Notes under the pieces: generated by a model
What the model saw: the letters and a program-made list of their open reading frames with translations, nothing else
Told to the model about the DNA's origin: nothing
Databases searched by the model: none
Program-made: the position numbers and the translations under genes
Origin: Nitrospirota bacterium
Lineage (GTDB): Bacteria > Nitrospirota > UBA9217
Direction of reading: 5' to 3'
Assembly (NCBI GenBank): GCA_963845065.1
Contig: CAWJQQ010000001.1
Location: forward strand, 960,001-1,024,000
DNA length: 64,000 bases
In this document: piece by piece, positions 32,173 through 42,756 of the stretch
How positions within the stretch are numbered: the first letter of the stretch is position 1
Layout: each line of letters starts with the position of its first letter

Positions 32173-34791
32173 ATGGAAATTATTACCAGCCATACGAACG
32201 CTGATTTTGACGCGCTGGCCTCCATGGTTGCAGCAAAAAAACTCTATCCTGATGCGAAACTTGTGTTTCCCGGTTCCCAGGAAAAGAGCATGCGGGACTT
32301 TTTTCTCGAGTCGGCGTTTTATGCGCTTGAGGTCGATCGTTTAAAAGATATTGATGTGGACAACATCACGCGGCTCATCATTGTCGATAACCGCAATCTT
32401 GCGCGGCTCGGCAAGCTTGCCCTCGCGCTTTCGCATCCCGGCGTTTCAGTGCATATTTACGACCATCATCCGCAGGCGGCAGGTGACATCAAGGGCGAGA
32501 AAGAAGTCATAGAGCAGGTGGGCGCCACAACTACTATCATGGTTGAGCTGCTCAGGCAGAAAGAGGTCCCGATCAGTCCGCTCGATGCAACGATATTCGC
32601 GCTTGGTATTTACGAGGAGACAGGCTCACTTACCTTCGTATCGACTACGGAACGAGACGCACAGGCCGTGGCATATCTTATTTCGCAGGGTGCTCAGCTA
32701 AATATCATTGCCGACTTCATATCCCGAGAGCTGACCACCGAGCAGATTGCGGTCCTGCAGAGTCTCATAGAATCGGCGAAAAGCTATGATATCAACGGCG
32801 TTCGCGTGGTTATTTCAGCGATTTCAATCCCGCACTTCCTCCCGGACCTTGCCAACTTAGCTCACAAAATCAGGGAAATGGAAAGCCTGGACGTGCTCTT
32901 TCTCGTTGTCCAGATGGGCGATAAGACGCACGTCATCGGTCGCTGTAGGATTCCGCAAGTAAACAGCGGAGTCGTGCTCGAAGCACTGGGCGGTGGTGGC
33001 CACGCCACTGCTGCGTCGGCCGTGGTCAAGGACATGACCTACTTGCAGACCCGGGAGAGCCTCATCGACATATTGAAGCAGCATATCAAACCAGGCCCTA
33101 CAACAAGCGAGATCATGACTTCACAGGTCAAGACCATCCCCTACAACAGCACTATCGCTGATGCCGGAGAGGCCATGACGCGGTTTAGCATTAATGCGAT
33201 GCCGGTTTTACGCGATGAAGCGTACCAGGGGATTATTACGAGAGAAATCGTGCAGAAGGCCCTTTTCCACGGATTGGGGAAACAAAGAGTCGAGGAGTTC
33301 ATGACCACTGGCGGCCCAGTTGCAAGCCCGGCCATGCCCATGAGCCAGGTTGAGCGAATTATGATCGAGGAGCACCAACGCTTCATTCCAGTCCTCGACG
33401 AGGGAGGTGCACTCGTAGGTGCTATCACTCGCACGGACCTACTTCGTTCACTTCACGAGGAGCGGCTCGCGGACATCAGCGAGTCCGAAGATGTGACACC
33501 CAGATCTATAAGGCACGTGAAAGGAATGATCGAAGAGCGCGTTCCCCTTGAGGTTCGTGACGCCCTCAAACTCGTCGGTGACGTGGCTGATACGAGTGGT
33601 TTCCCGGTTTATCTTGTCGGAGGCATCGTACGCGATCTGTTTCTCCGGGTCCCAAATCTCGATATAGACATTGTGGTCGAAGGCGACGGCATTACATTCG
33701 CCGGCATGCTTGTGAAACAGGGTGGCGGTCGTATGAAGACCCATCAGAAATTTGGAACCGCCGTCGTGGTACTCCCCAACGGACTCAAGATCGATATTGC
33801 CACGGCGCGTCTCGAATATTACGAATCACCGGCAGCATTGCCAACGGTGGAGCTTTCATCCATTAAAAAAGATCTTTTCCGGCGCGATTTTACAATCAAT
33901 ACGCTTTCGGTACGCCTCAACAGCGGGCGGTACGGCGAGTTGATCGATTTTTTTGGTGGCCTGCGAGATATTAAAGACAAAACTATTCGCGTGCTGCACA
34001 GCCTATCGTTCGTAGAGGATCCCACCCGTGTGCTGCGAGCCATTCGTTTCGAGCAGCGGTTTGATTTCCATCTGAACAAACACACCCAGAACCTGATCAA
34101 GACCGCCGTGAAAATGAAACTGTTCGACCGGCTGTCAGGAGAGCGGATCTATACGGAACTCATATTTATGTTCTCCGAGGCAGAGCCGCTGAAAGTCCTG
34201 AAGCGTATGGAAGACTTTGATCTCTTAAAGTTTATTCACCCAGCCTTGAAAGGGACAGTGGAGCTCGATAGGCTCTTCGCAAACATCGGTGAGACGCTTA
34301 CGTGGTTTAGACTGCTCTATCTCGATTTGGAGGCGGAAAAATGGTTTGTTTATTTTCTCGGCCTCTTCGACCGGATGAAGGACTCCGCGGCAAAGGAGGC
34401 GCTGGAACGGCTTGCGGTCCCCACTAGGATCAGGATCCGCATGCTTCAGGCACGATTGCGCTACCGCGAGGTGCTCTACGTGTTCTACAGGGAACAGGAA
34501 CTCCCATCTAGCCGCATTTACGATCTGCTGTCACCGTTGGACGTTGAGTCTATTCTTCTTATGATGGCAAAGGCGAAGAAGGAGATAGCAAGGAAGTATA
34601 TCTCACTTTATCTTACGCACCTTCGTACCGTTAAGGTGATGCTGACGGGGAATGACCTCAAGAAGCTAAATATCCCGCCTGGGCCGAGGTATAAAAAGAT
34701 CCTTGCAGAGGTTCTTAATGCTAAACTGGACGGAACAGTAAAAAACCGCGAGGAAGAGCTGGAGTTTGTAAAGCGTAAAGTGAATAAATAA
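32173..34791 (+). CDS. tRNA nucleotidyltransferase with DHH and CBS domains (CCA- or A-adding)
   Basis: HTNADFD, YDHH, GGGGH; CBS pair; VGGIVRD, DIDIV, RRDFTIN, EDPTR. Confidence 0.92.
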   Translation: MEIITSHTNADFDALASMVAAKKLYPDAKLVFPGSQEKSMRDFFLESAFYALEVDRLKDIDVDNITRLIIVDNRNLARLGKLALALSHPGVSVHIYDHHPQAAGDIKGEKEVIEQVGATTTIMVELLRQKEVPISPLDATIFALGIYEETGSLTFVSTTERDAQAVAYLISQGAQLNIIADFISRELTTEQIAVLQSLIESAKSYDINGVRVVISAISIPHFLPDLANLAHKIREMESLDVLFLVVQMGDKTHVIGRCRIPQVNSGVVLEALGGGGHATAASAVVKDMTYLQTRESLIDILKQHIKPGPTTSEIMTSQVKTIPYNSTIADAGEAMTRFSINAMPVLRDEAYQGIITREIVQKALFHGLGKQRVEEFMTTGGPVASPAMPMSQVERIMIEEHQRFIPVLDEGGALVGAITRTDLLRSLHEERLADISESEDVTPRSIRHVKGMIEERVPLEVRDALKLVGDVADTSGFPVYLVGGIVRDLFLRVPNLDIDIVVEGDGITFAGMLVKQGGGRMKTHQKFGTAVVVLPNGLKIDIATARLEYYESPAALPTVELSSIKKDLFRRDFTINTLSVRLNSGRYGELIDFFGGLRDIKDKTIRVLHSLSFVEDPTRVLRAIRFEQRFDFHLNKHTQNLIKTAVKMKLFDRLSGERIYTELIFMFSEAEPLKVLKRMEDFDLLKFIHPALKGTVELDRLFANIGETLTWFRLLYLDLEAEKWFVYFLGLFDRMKDSAAKEALERLAVPTRIRIRMLQARLRYREVLYVFYREQELPSSRIYDLLSPLDVESILLMMAKAKKEIARKYISLYLTHLRTVKVMLTGNDLKKLNIPPGPRYKKILAEVLNAKLDGTVKNREEELEFVKRKVNK

Positions 34792-35057
34792 CAACAGCCG
34801 AAAAAAAATTGCGAACGAATTGCATGGCTAAAATATTTATAACGTCACAAATGTCCGTCAAGAACCCTGCCTTTATATGTTTAAGATAATTTCCATTTTG
34901 GACAAGTCTTACAGATTTAAAAAAGAGGGGATACTTGTGTCCGAACACATCGCACGTAGGCTGATGTCTGTAAGCTGGAATGAACAGGCTCTTGGCGGAC
35001 TGAACATCCCTTTGGACTGAGTGAGTAAGACTGTCGAGGTGATGGTGGCCTCCCTAA

Positions 35058-35639
35058 TCAATGCAAAAAATGTTTCAAATACTCTATGGAACGGTTGACT
35101 GATTTTTCTAATGACTCCACTCCCGTATCAATTACCAGACGATCAACAGTAATCGGTTCGGTTTTTTCTTTTAATTCTAAATATAATTTGTATGTTCTGT
35201 TGTGAGCTGGATGCGCGCCACTATGTAGACTGTCATTGAGTCTTTGTTTGGCAATGCCATCATCACAGGTGCATTCAATAATAATAGGTTTAACTTTTAA
35301 CAATTCAGAATGAGATAGTAGATGCTTTATCTGGTACGATTTAGAAAAAGTTCTCCCGTCAACAATAATTGATTGTTTCGAATTTGCTCTTAATACGTAT
35401 TCTGATATGATAAATATGGCCTTCATGCACAGGTCATCCTGCTCACGGGAAAAAACAATGGCCTCATTTGCAAATAACTCGGCGCGAATTATGTCCTTGT
35501 TGAGGATCAGTGCATCGAGGCGTTTCCCAAGTTGATGAGCAATAGCACTCTTACCCGTACCAGGCAGCCCAGCCATGGCAATAAACAGGCTTCTATTTGC
35601 TAAAGATAAATTTCTCATATTTATGATATTCTTAGGCAC
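35058..35639 (-). CDS. P-loop kinase (AAA_33-like)
   Basis: AGLPGTGKS, D.IR, IVDGRTF; AT-rich. Confidence 0.75.
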   Translation of the reverse strand: MPKNIINMRNLSLANRSLFIAMAGLPGTGKSAIAHQLGKRLDALILNKDIIRAELFANEAIVFSREQDDLCMKAIFIISEYVLRANSKQSIIVDGRTFSKSYQIKHLLSHSELLKVKPIIIECTCDDGIAKQRLNDSLHSGAHPAHNRTYKLYLELKEKTEPITVDRLVIDTGVESLEKSVNRSIEYLKHFLH

Positions 35640-36602
35640 GAACCTCCTCGTTCAATTTCCTCATTGATTCCGGCTTCAGGAATGCTGCATCATTCGCCCC
35701 TACTTGCGTTCATAGCAACGTAACAGCCTTATTTCGCTTCACGGGCATGTAGACGCCGGTAGGGAAGTAGTTAGAAGCATGGTTCGCAAAGAAAAGACTG
35801 CGGGTCATCTTGTTATGCGCGAGCATCTCAACGAATTTGGAGACAATAACGAGGATAGATGAGAGCCTGAATCTTTCCTCTGCTAAAGTTCATTGAGTGC
35901 CAATTTTATCACCATCATTGTCGTACGCGCGTCGGCATATTCGGGATCAATAGCGGAATGCAGCTTTTCTGGTCTGGCGGGTAAGATGAATGCTCCTTTC
36001 GGCCCGCCGATCCAGAGCAAGACTGTAAAGAAGAGCCTGATCCCCGCAAATCTCATGCATCGGCCGGATACTTCCTTTACCATCACGCCTGCTTGAGGTT
36101 AGTACTATACATAAGCGTTGCATGATCCGGGTTGCAGCCTGTTTGGCACGGTAATATATTATGGGTGAATAAGTTTATTATATGGATATCCGTTTTATTG
36201 TCAATGAAGTTAATAAGATATTTTTTAAAAGATAGTTTTTTAGCGAACTAGACGACAGTGACGTGTCAATAAGACGTGAAATATGAGTCGGAAATCCTAA
36301 GGCAAAGTTATCGCCGTTCAGGATCTTTTAAAATCCGTCATCTAACCCATCAGGTACAAAACGTATATGTTAATCAGTGAGAATTCGATGATTATGCAGT
36401 TTAAGTTATTGCGATGATATTTAATTCCGATTTTCTGCAACCTTCGTATTAAAAAACGCATTTAACTAAATAGCTAGCGTTGACGCCCACACTGCCCGGT
36501 GATACCCTTAAAATAAAGATGGACATTATTTGTCCCGTTTAGCCGACAATCCAGTTTTAATTCACAGAGAGGGGCAGGGTAGAAGAACTGTGGAGGTTTT
36601 TT

Positions 36603-37382
36603 ATGGCGGGAGGAACTATCTGGAAAGGATATATTCATTTTGGGGAAACGGATGTGCCTGTGAAACTACATACCGCAGTGAGGGAAGAGCGGATTCAGTT
36701 TCACCTTCTTCACAGCCGGGACCATGTAAGATTGCGCCAACAGATGATATGTGCATATGAAAAAATAGCAGTCCCAGCAGCTGAACAGTCCAAAGGGTTT
36801 GAGGTAGATGATGGGAAATATATCATCGTCGACCCGGAAGAACTCGAACAATACGCTCCTGATAGCAGCAGGATGATCGAGGTACACGAGTTCGTCAAAA
36901 CCGCACAAATCGATCCCATCTTTATTGACCATGTCTATTACTTGGAACCGGATATTACGAATATACAGGGTAAAGGATATAATGCGCTTGTCAGGGCCTT
37001 GAACGAGATCAATGTGGAAGGCATCTGCACCTGGACGATGAGAAAACGGTCTTATGTAGGAGCTTTACAGGCAAATGGGAAGATCCTTCGTTTAAATGCG
37101 CTGCGCTTTGCCGACGAAGTAATTCCGGCAGCATCCCTAGGACTGCAGGATGTTCCTTTGTCGGAAAAAGAACTTGATATCGGGGGCGATTTGATTGGCA
37201 AGCTGACCGTTCCCTTTGAGCCGAGAAAATTTGAAAACGAGCATCAGAAGAAACTGCAAAATTTGATTGAGAAAAAAGCCCGCGGAGAAAAAATTACGGT
37301 CCTACCCCCCGTGCTTATGAAATCCACTCAATCAGACCAACTGCTTCAGGTCCTTGAAGCGAGTCTGAAGAAGGTGGCCTGA
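36603..37382 (+). CDS. ku: Ku protein (NHEJ), copy 1
   Basis: IWKGYIHFG...PVKL, KGFEV, FV...IDPIF...YYL.P. Confidence 0.92.
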   Translation: MAGGTIWKGYIHFGETDVPVKLHTAVREERIQFHLLHSRDHVRLRQQMICAYEKIAVPAAEQSKGFEVDDGKYIIVDPEELEQYAPDSSRMIEVHEFVKTAQIDPIFIDHVYYLEPDITNIQGKGYNALVRALNEINVEGICTWTMRKRSYVGALQANGKILRLNALRFADEVIPAASLGLQDVPLSEKELDIGGDLIGKLTVPFEPRKFENEHQKKLQNLIEKKARGEKITVLPPVLMKSTQSDQLLQVLEASLKKVA

Positions 37383-37445
37383 GGGGAGATCGCGATCCGA
37401 TCGAGGAGGTACTAGTAAAGTTGTCTTAAAGCAGGGAGGAACGAC

Positions 37446-38231
37446 ATGGCGGTGCAAGGTATATGGAGCGGGACGATCAGTTTCAGTCTGGTGGCGATTC
37501 CGGTACGGTTGGTTACGGCAATCGAACCTGGCCGTGTCTCTTTTCACCTGCTCCATAGTAAGGATTACTCTCGCCTCTCACGGAAAATGTTTTGTCCTGA
37601 AGAGAAAATAATGGTTTCTCCGGATGAGGTTATCAGGGGTTATGAAATCGTGCCGGACAAATATGTGCTGATGTCAGATGAAGAACTGGAGTCCGTGTCC
37701 CCAGAACGTAGCCGCACGATCGAGATTCTGGAGTTTATCGATATGAAGGAAGTGGATCCAATCTATTATGAACGCCCCTATTATCTCGTTCCGTCGAAAG
37801 GGGGCGAAAAAGCGTATCAGTTGCTGGTCGAGGTGATGAGTCGGACAAACAAGGCGGGAATTGCAAAGTTTGTTCTAGCTGAAAGAGAGTATCTTGTGGC
37901 GGTCAAAAGCAGGGACGGAGCGCTGGTTCTCACCACACTTCATTACAACGACGAAATCCTTCTCGATGAAGACATGACACCGAATCAAGGAGTGATTGAA
38001 TCTGAAGAGGAAAATAGGATAAAAAAAAGCATTGAGCATATGATCGAAGACTTTAATCCGGGGAAATATGTGGACGAACGCCGGAAAAAACTTATGGATT
38101 TCCTGACGAAGAAGGCGAATGAAAAGGCGCTGGTGGAGGGTCCTTCAGTAGAGGAAGAAGAGGGAGACGGTCCGGCTGATCTGGTTGCCGCGCTGGAGGA
38201 GAGCATGCGAAAAGTGAAGGAAAGCAAATGA
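37446..38231 (+). CDS. ku: Ku protein (NHEJ), copy 2
   Basis: IWSGTISFSLVAIPV, RGYE, VDPIYYERPYYL, DLVAALEES. Confidence 0.94.
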   Translation: MAVQGIWSGTISFSLVAIPVRLVTAIEPGRVSFHLLHSKDYSRLSRKMFCPEEKIMVSPDEVIRGYEIVPDKYVLMSDEELESVSPERSRTIEILEFIDMKEVDPIYYERPYYLVPSKGGEKAYQLLVEVMSRTNKAGIAKFVLAEREYLVAVKSRDGALVLTTLHYNDEILLDEDMTPNQGVIESEEENRIKKSIEHMIEDFNPGKYVDERRKKLMDFLTKKANEKALVEGPSVEEEEGDGPADLVAALEESMRKVKESK

Positions 38232-39133
38232 GCCGAACATTAATCGCAATGGCAGGGAGGAGACTCCCCTTATCAAACCTTGAAAAGGACCTCTATCCCA
38301 CCTATGGTTTCACGAAAGCCCACATTCTGGACTACTACCGTGGGATTGCACCGTTTATCCTGCCCCATTTAAAAGACCGGGCATTGACCTTCAAGCGCTA
38401 TCCCGAAGGAGTGGAAAATGATTTTTTTTTCGAGAAGCGCTGTCCTTCTTATCGTCCATCGTGGGTGAAAACTGCGGAGATTCCCCAAGAAGACGGAAAA
38501 TTGATGACGGTCTGCTTGATCAACGATCTGGAAACGCTGATATGGGTGGAAAACCTTGCGTCTCTTGAACTCCATGTACCCCTGTCCAAAGTCGCTTCCC
38601 CTGAAACGCCTGATTCTATGGTCTTCGACTTGGATCCCGGCGAGCAGGCCAGCATTATGGAATGCGCACGTGTGGCGCTCATACTCAGGGACTTACTCTC
38701 CCGAATAGGGCTTGTGAGTTATGTAAAAACCTCAGGCAGAAAAGGACTTCATGTATATGTCCCCTTGAATCGCAAGGAAGTGACTTTTGAAGAGACAAAG
38801 ACATTTTCGAAAGTCGTGGCAGGAATCATGCAGAAACATTATCCCGATCTGGTAACTGCAAAAATGGCGAAGCGATACCGGAAAGGAAGGGTTTTTATTA
38901 ACTGGTCTCAAAACGATGCTTCGAAAACGATGATTTGCGTTTATTCTCTGCGTGCCCGGGAAAAACCGCTTGTATCGTTTCCACTTGCATGGGAGGACCT
39001 TGAAGATATAGCCGGGCTTGGTGACCAGGAAAGATTGCAGATCATTCATACGGCAGCCGAGAGCAGAGCAAAAAAAACCGGTGACCTTTTTCAGGAGGTG
39101 CTTGTGAAAGAACAGAAACTGCCTCATTTCTGA
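38228..39133 (+). CDS. Stand-alone LigD primase-polymerase domain
   Basis: RYPEG, FFEKR, ELH, VFDLDP, KTSGRKGLHV. Confidence 0.92.
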   Translation: MSRTLIAMAGRRLPLSNLEKDLYPTYGFTKAHILDYYRGIAPFILPHLKDRALTFKRYPEGVENDFFFEKRCPSYRPSWVKTAEIPQEDGKLMTVCLINDLETLIWVENLASLELHVPLSKVASPETPDSMVFDLDPGEQASIMECARVALILRDLLSRIGLVSYVKTSGRKGLHVYVPLNRKEVTFEETKTFSKVVAGIMQKHYPDLVTAKMAKRYRKGRVFINWSQNDASKTMICVYSLRAREKPLVSFPLAWEDLEDIAGLGDQERLQIIHTAAESRAKKTGDLFQEVLVKEQKLPHF

Positions 39134-39424
39134 TTGTATCAACGTGAGCCATGCCCCGATACACGGTTATTTTTCCTAAATGACCAAGAAATGAAACCCT
39201 AAGAAGGGTACGTGACTAAAAATTATTTACAGGTGGCTGATCGCTTGAAGTATATTTCAAAAAACACGTCTTTCGGGCTGTGAGCCTGCAAGGCTTCTAG
39301 CTGGTTACCGATGATCATGCATTAGTCGATTGATCACGGGGACATCGACCTTACGGTATGTGTTCTGCGGGATTTTTTTGTCCGGTCTATGTTCCCGAGG
39401 GAAGCGCCCCGAAGAGGCAATGTT

Positions 39425-41041
39425 ATGGGATTGATAGAATACTCATCTAAACGGGAATTCGAGAAAACGCCCGAACCGAAACCGGGCCATGGCTATGAGG
39501 GGCACAGTCCTATTTTTGTCGTTCATAAGCACGCGGCACGGGCCCTACATTATGATCTTAGGCTGGAGCTGGAAGGGGTGCTGAAGAGTTGGGCTGTGCC
39601 AAGGGGGCCCACGCTGGATCCTTCATTAAAAAGACTGGCCGTAATGGTAGAAGACCACCCGCTTGATTACAAAGATTTTGAAGGCGCAATCCCGGAAGGC
39701 AATTACGGCGCAGGAAGCGTTATAATATGGGACCGGGGCTTTTATCATTATCCTTCCGTAAGAGACGAAAACGAAAGCGAGAAACTTCTTCTGGACGGAT
39801 TAAGAAAAGGGAATATGAAATTTATCCTCGAGGGAGAAAAGCTTCACGGGGAATTCGCACTGGTTAAGACGAGAAAGGATGGTAAGTCGTGGCTTCTCTT
39901 GAAGAAAAAAGATCGAAACACGAAGGAAGGAGACATCCTCAAAGATAACCGTTCCGTAGTGTCCCATAAGACGCTCGAGGAGATGCTCGAAAAAAATCCG
40001 AAAAGATCTTTCAGACAAAATAAAATAAGACAAATTCGTATTCATGAAGCCGTAGAAATGGAAGATCTGAAGGACGCGCCTGCCAAACCAATACCGCAGG
40101 GCATAAAGCCAATGCTCGCGACCATAGTCAAGGAACCATTCGACCATCCGGATTGGATTTTTGAAGTAAAATGGGACGGATACCGTGCCATTGCTGAAAT
40201 CCGAAAGGGGGGTGTTTCGCTTTATTCTCGGAATGGGATATCCTTCGCCAAAAAATTTATTCCTGTGGTAGATTCGCTGCGGAAATTAGGGTTTGACGCT
40301 ATTCTGGACGGAGAAATTGTGGTCGTGGACGACGAAGGACGACCTGATTTCCAGATGCTGCAGCATTACCATGAATCCGGAAGCGGTCATTTGCTCTATT
40401 ACGTTTTCGATCTTCTCCACCTCCGGGGACATGATCTTACGAATCTGCCCCTGCTTAAGAGGAAAGAGCTCTTGAAAAGAACTCTTCCCTCTGGTCCGAA
40501 AATAAGATTGAGCGATTACATATGGAACGAAGGCGTTTTGTTCTACAATGTCGTTAAAGATAAGGGGCTGGAAGGGATTATTGCCAAACATGCTCATAGC
40601 GCATACGAAATGGGTAGGCGGAGCCGACAGTGGCTGAAAGTGAAAATGCAACTCACGCAGGAGGGTGTGATCGCAGGATTTACAGAACCAGGAGGTGGCA
40701 GAAAATATTTCGGCGCTCTTGTTCTTGGAGTATTTGAAGGGAACGAGTTGATTTACGCAGGTCACGTAGGAGGTGGATTCACGGTAAAGAATTTAAAAGA
40801 AATCCGCGAAAAACTGGAGCCTTTGATCCAAGAAGAATGCCCCTTTAACGTAAAGCCGGAAACCAATGCCCCAGTCACCTGGGTAAAGCCGGATATCGTC
40901 TGCGAAGTTAGTTTATCCGGCTGGACTGAAGATGTTGTAATGAGGCAACCAATTTTTTTAAGGTTGCGCGAGGATAAAACCGCGAGCGAGGTGGTGCTGG
41001 AAAAGCCCCTGATGAGCGGTGGTGGAGGATTACAAAAATGA
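39425..41041 (+). CDS. ligD: LigD phosphoesterase + ATP-dependent ligase
   Basis: FVVHKHAARALHYDLRLE, EDHPLDY; EVKWDGYR, LDGEIV, EGIIAK, WLKVK. Confidence 0.94.
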   Translation: MGLIEYSSKREFEKTPEPKPGHGYEGHSPIFVVHKHAARALHYDLRLELEGVLKSWAVPRGPTLDPSLKRLAVMVEDHPLDYKDFEGAIPEGNYGAGSVIIWDRGFYHYPSVRDENESEKLLLDGLRKGNMKFILEGEKLHGEFALVKTRKDGKSWLLLKKKDRNTKEGDILKDNRSVVSHKTLEEMLEKNPKRSFRQNKIRQIRIHEAVEMEDLKDAPAKPIPQGIKPMLATIVKEPFDHPDWIFEVKWDGYRAIAEIRKGGVSLYSRNGISFAKKFIPVVDSLRKLGFDAILDGEIVVVDDEGRPDFQMLQHYHESGSGHLLYYVFDLLHLRGHDLTNLPLLKRKELLKRTLPSGPKIRLSDYIWNEGVLFYNVVKDKGLEGIIAKHAHSAYEMGRRSRQWLKVKMQLTQEGVIAGFTEPGGGRKYFGALVLGVFEGNELIYAGHVGGGFTVKNLKEIREKLEPLIQEECPFNVKPETNAPVTWVKPDIVCEVSLSGWTEDVVMRQPIFLRLREDKTASEVVLEKPLMSGGGGLQK

Positions 41042-41790
41042 CGAATATCTATGTCGGTACAAGCGGATTTGCGCATAAGGAATGGAAAGGGAAATTCTAT
41101 CCTAAAGATATCTCACCCAAGGATATGATTCGCTTCTATGCTGAACGCCTCAACTCGGTCGAGATCAACAATACCTTTTATCATATGCCTAAAGAAAGCG
41201 TGCTTATGTCCTGGGCCGAACGGGTTCCAAATGATTTTGTTTTCGCGCTCAAAGCGCCCCAAGTTATAACGCATGTAAAGCGGTTGAGAGATGTATTCGG
41301 GGAGGCCGAATACCTCTTCGGGTCACTGTCGGTCCTGGATGGGAAATTAGGGCCGATCCTTTTTCAGTTCCCCAAAAGCTTTCGTGCGGATGGACCTGCC
41401 CTCAAAGATTTTCTAGCTCTGATTCCCGGTACTAGGTCATGTGCATTCGAGTTTCGCAGCCCCACGTGGAATGATGCTGAAATCCTGAACCTACTAAGTG
41501 AAAGGGGATTCAGCTTGTGCGTTGCAGATACTGATGAAAATCCAACGAATGATATCATCAGTACGGCACCATGGGGGTACCTCCGGCTGCGCCGCTCCAA
41601 TTACACGGATGCCGATCTTTCACAATGGGTGGAAATAATCCTTTCACAACAATGGGAAAAGGCCTTCGTGTTTTTTAAGCACGAGGGCGATGCCAACGGT
41701 GCCGAAATGGCTATGCGTTTTCAGGAGCTTATTGATTCAAGATTAGGTACGAAAAACATTAAAATAGGAAGGACAATTAGGGCCCGTTAG
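41038..41790 (+). CDS. DUF72 family protein
   Basis: VGTSG, WKGKFYP, VEINNTFY, LFQFP, EFR, YLRL. Confidence 0.9.
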   Translation: MTNIYVGTSGFAHKEWKGKFYPKDISPKDMIRFYAERLNSVEINNTFYHMPKESVLMSWAERVPNDFVFALKAPQVITHVKRLRDVFGEAEYLFGSLSVLDGKLGPILFQFPKSFRADGPALKDFLALIPGTRSCAFEFRSPTWNDAEILNLLSERGFSLCVADTDENPTNDIISTAPWGYLRLRRSNYTDADLSQWVEIILSQQWEKAFVFFKHEGDANGAEMAMRFQELIDSRLGTKNIKIGRTIRAR

Positions 41791-41902
41791 AAAAAAAGTT
41801 CCTAGGGCGTCCCGTGAAAGGCTTTTTGCTTGATTGCGGTAAAAAGATTGTCAGTCCAATTCGATTCAGTAGCCCGAGGCGGATTGGCATTGTAAGAGTT
41901 AG

Positions 41903-42620
41903 TGACAACGTTCAGGGCATCGTTCACTAAACTATCATTCAGAACATCGATCAAAAACGCTCTTTGACAATCGAATAGCCACAACCTTTATAATCATGGA
42001 CACTGATTTACTTAGGAGGTGTCCATGAAAAAAAACTTTTGAAGCAACGAGCATTAGCAGTGCAGAGGTATCTCACCGGAGATAATCGGGAGAGTATCTG
42101 CACCTCACTGGGAAAACAACTCGCTGGCTGTACAAACGGTTAGCACGACATACGCAAGTTGATCCAGCATGGTGACGAGCTGTTTCGGCGACCGTTTTCT
42201 AGCCCCAATCGCACCTTTGCAGAGATCGAAAATATCGTGAAGATGTGTCGGCTGAATCTCTAAAAAAAGGGACTATTTTGCCGCAATCAAGCCATCAAAT
42301 GGGAGATGAACGACATGGAGGTTCGACCCTTCCCTCCCTCACCACCATTGGCCGTATGTTACGGCGACGCGAATTAACTCATCGGCGGACCAGAAGATAT
42401 ACACCGAAGGGCAAGAAGTATCCCGAACTTCCGGCGCTCTTGCCCAATCAGACCCATCAGGTTGATATGGTTGACTCTTGTTATATTACCGGTCCGGTCA
42501 AGTTCTACGGCCTGCATGCCGTCGATACCGCAGTCAAGCGGCGTGGAATAGAGCAGATACCCTCCCTTCCCGTGCAGCGCAAAGCGTTTTGGACGCCGTT
42601 TATGCGGTTTGGATGCGTGC
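41903..42620 (+). pseudogene. Decayed, 3'-truncated IS481-like element (relative of 47783-49181)
   Basis: Degenerate end TGACAACGTTCAGGGCATCG; shared CTTTGACAATCGAATAGCCACA; ATG 42025 then frameshifts; LRRRELTHRRT..Y.PKGKKYP match. Confidence 0.88.
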
Positions 42621-42756
42621 GATGTTCTAAACGTTGCCAGTTAGACATTAAGGTTTTAAAACGCTTTGAATCGACGTAGAGATTCCGGAATACTCCCACG
42701 AAGTGTATTTAGAAGACAAAAAAAGAACTATCAAGCGTAAATGCTACTTGAAAATC

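Noticed and set aside
35640..36120. Possible decayed minus-strand gene
   Set aside because: Fragments could not be matched to any family by eye
39190..39380. c-di-GMP-I riboswitch before ligD
   Set aside because: Only the GGTTACCG tail resembles it; the GGnAAA/GCAAA core is missing
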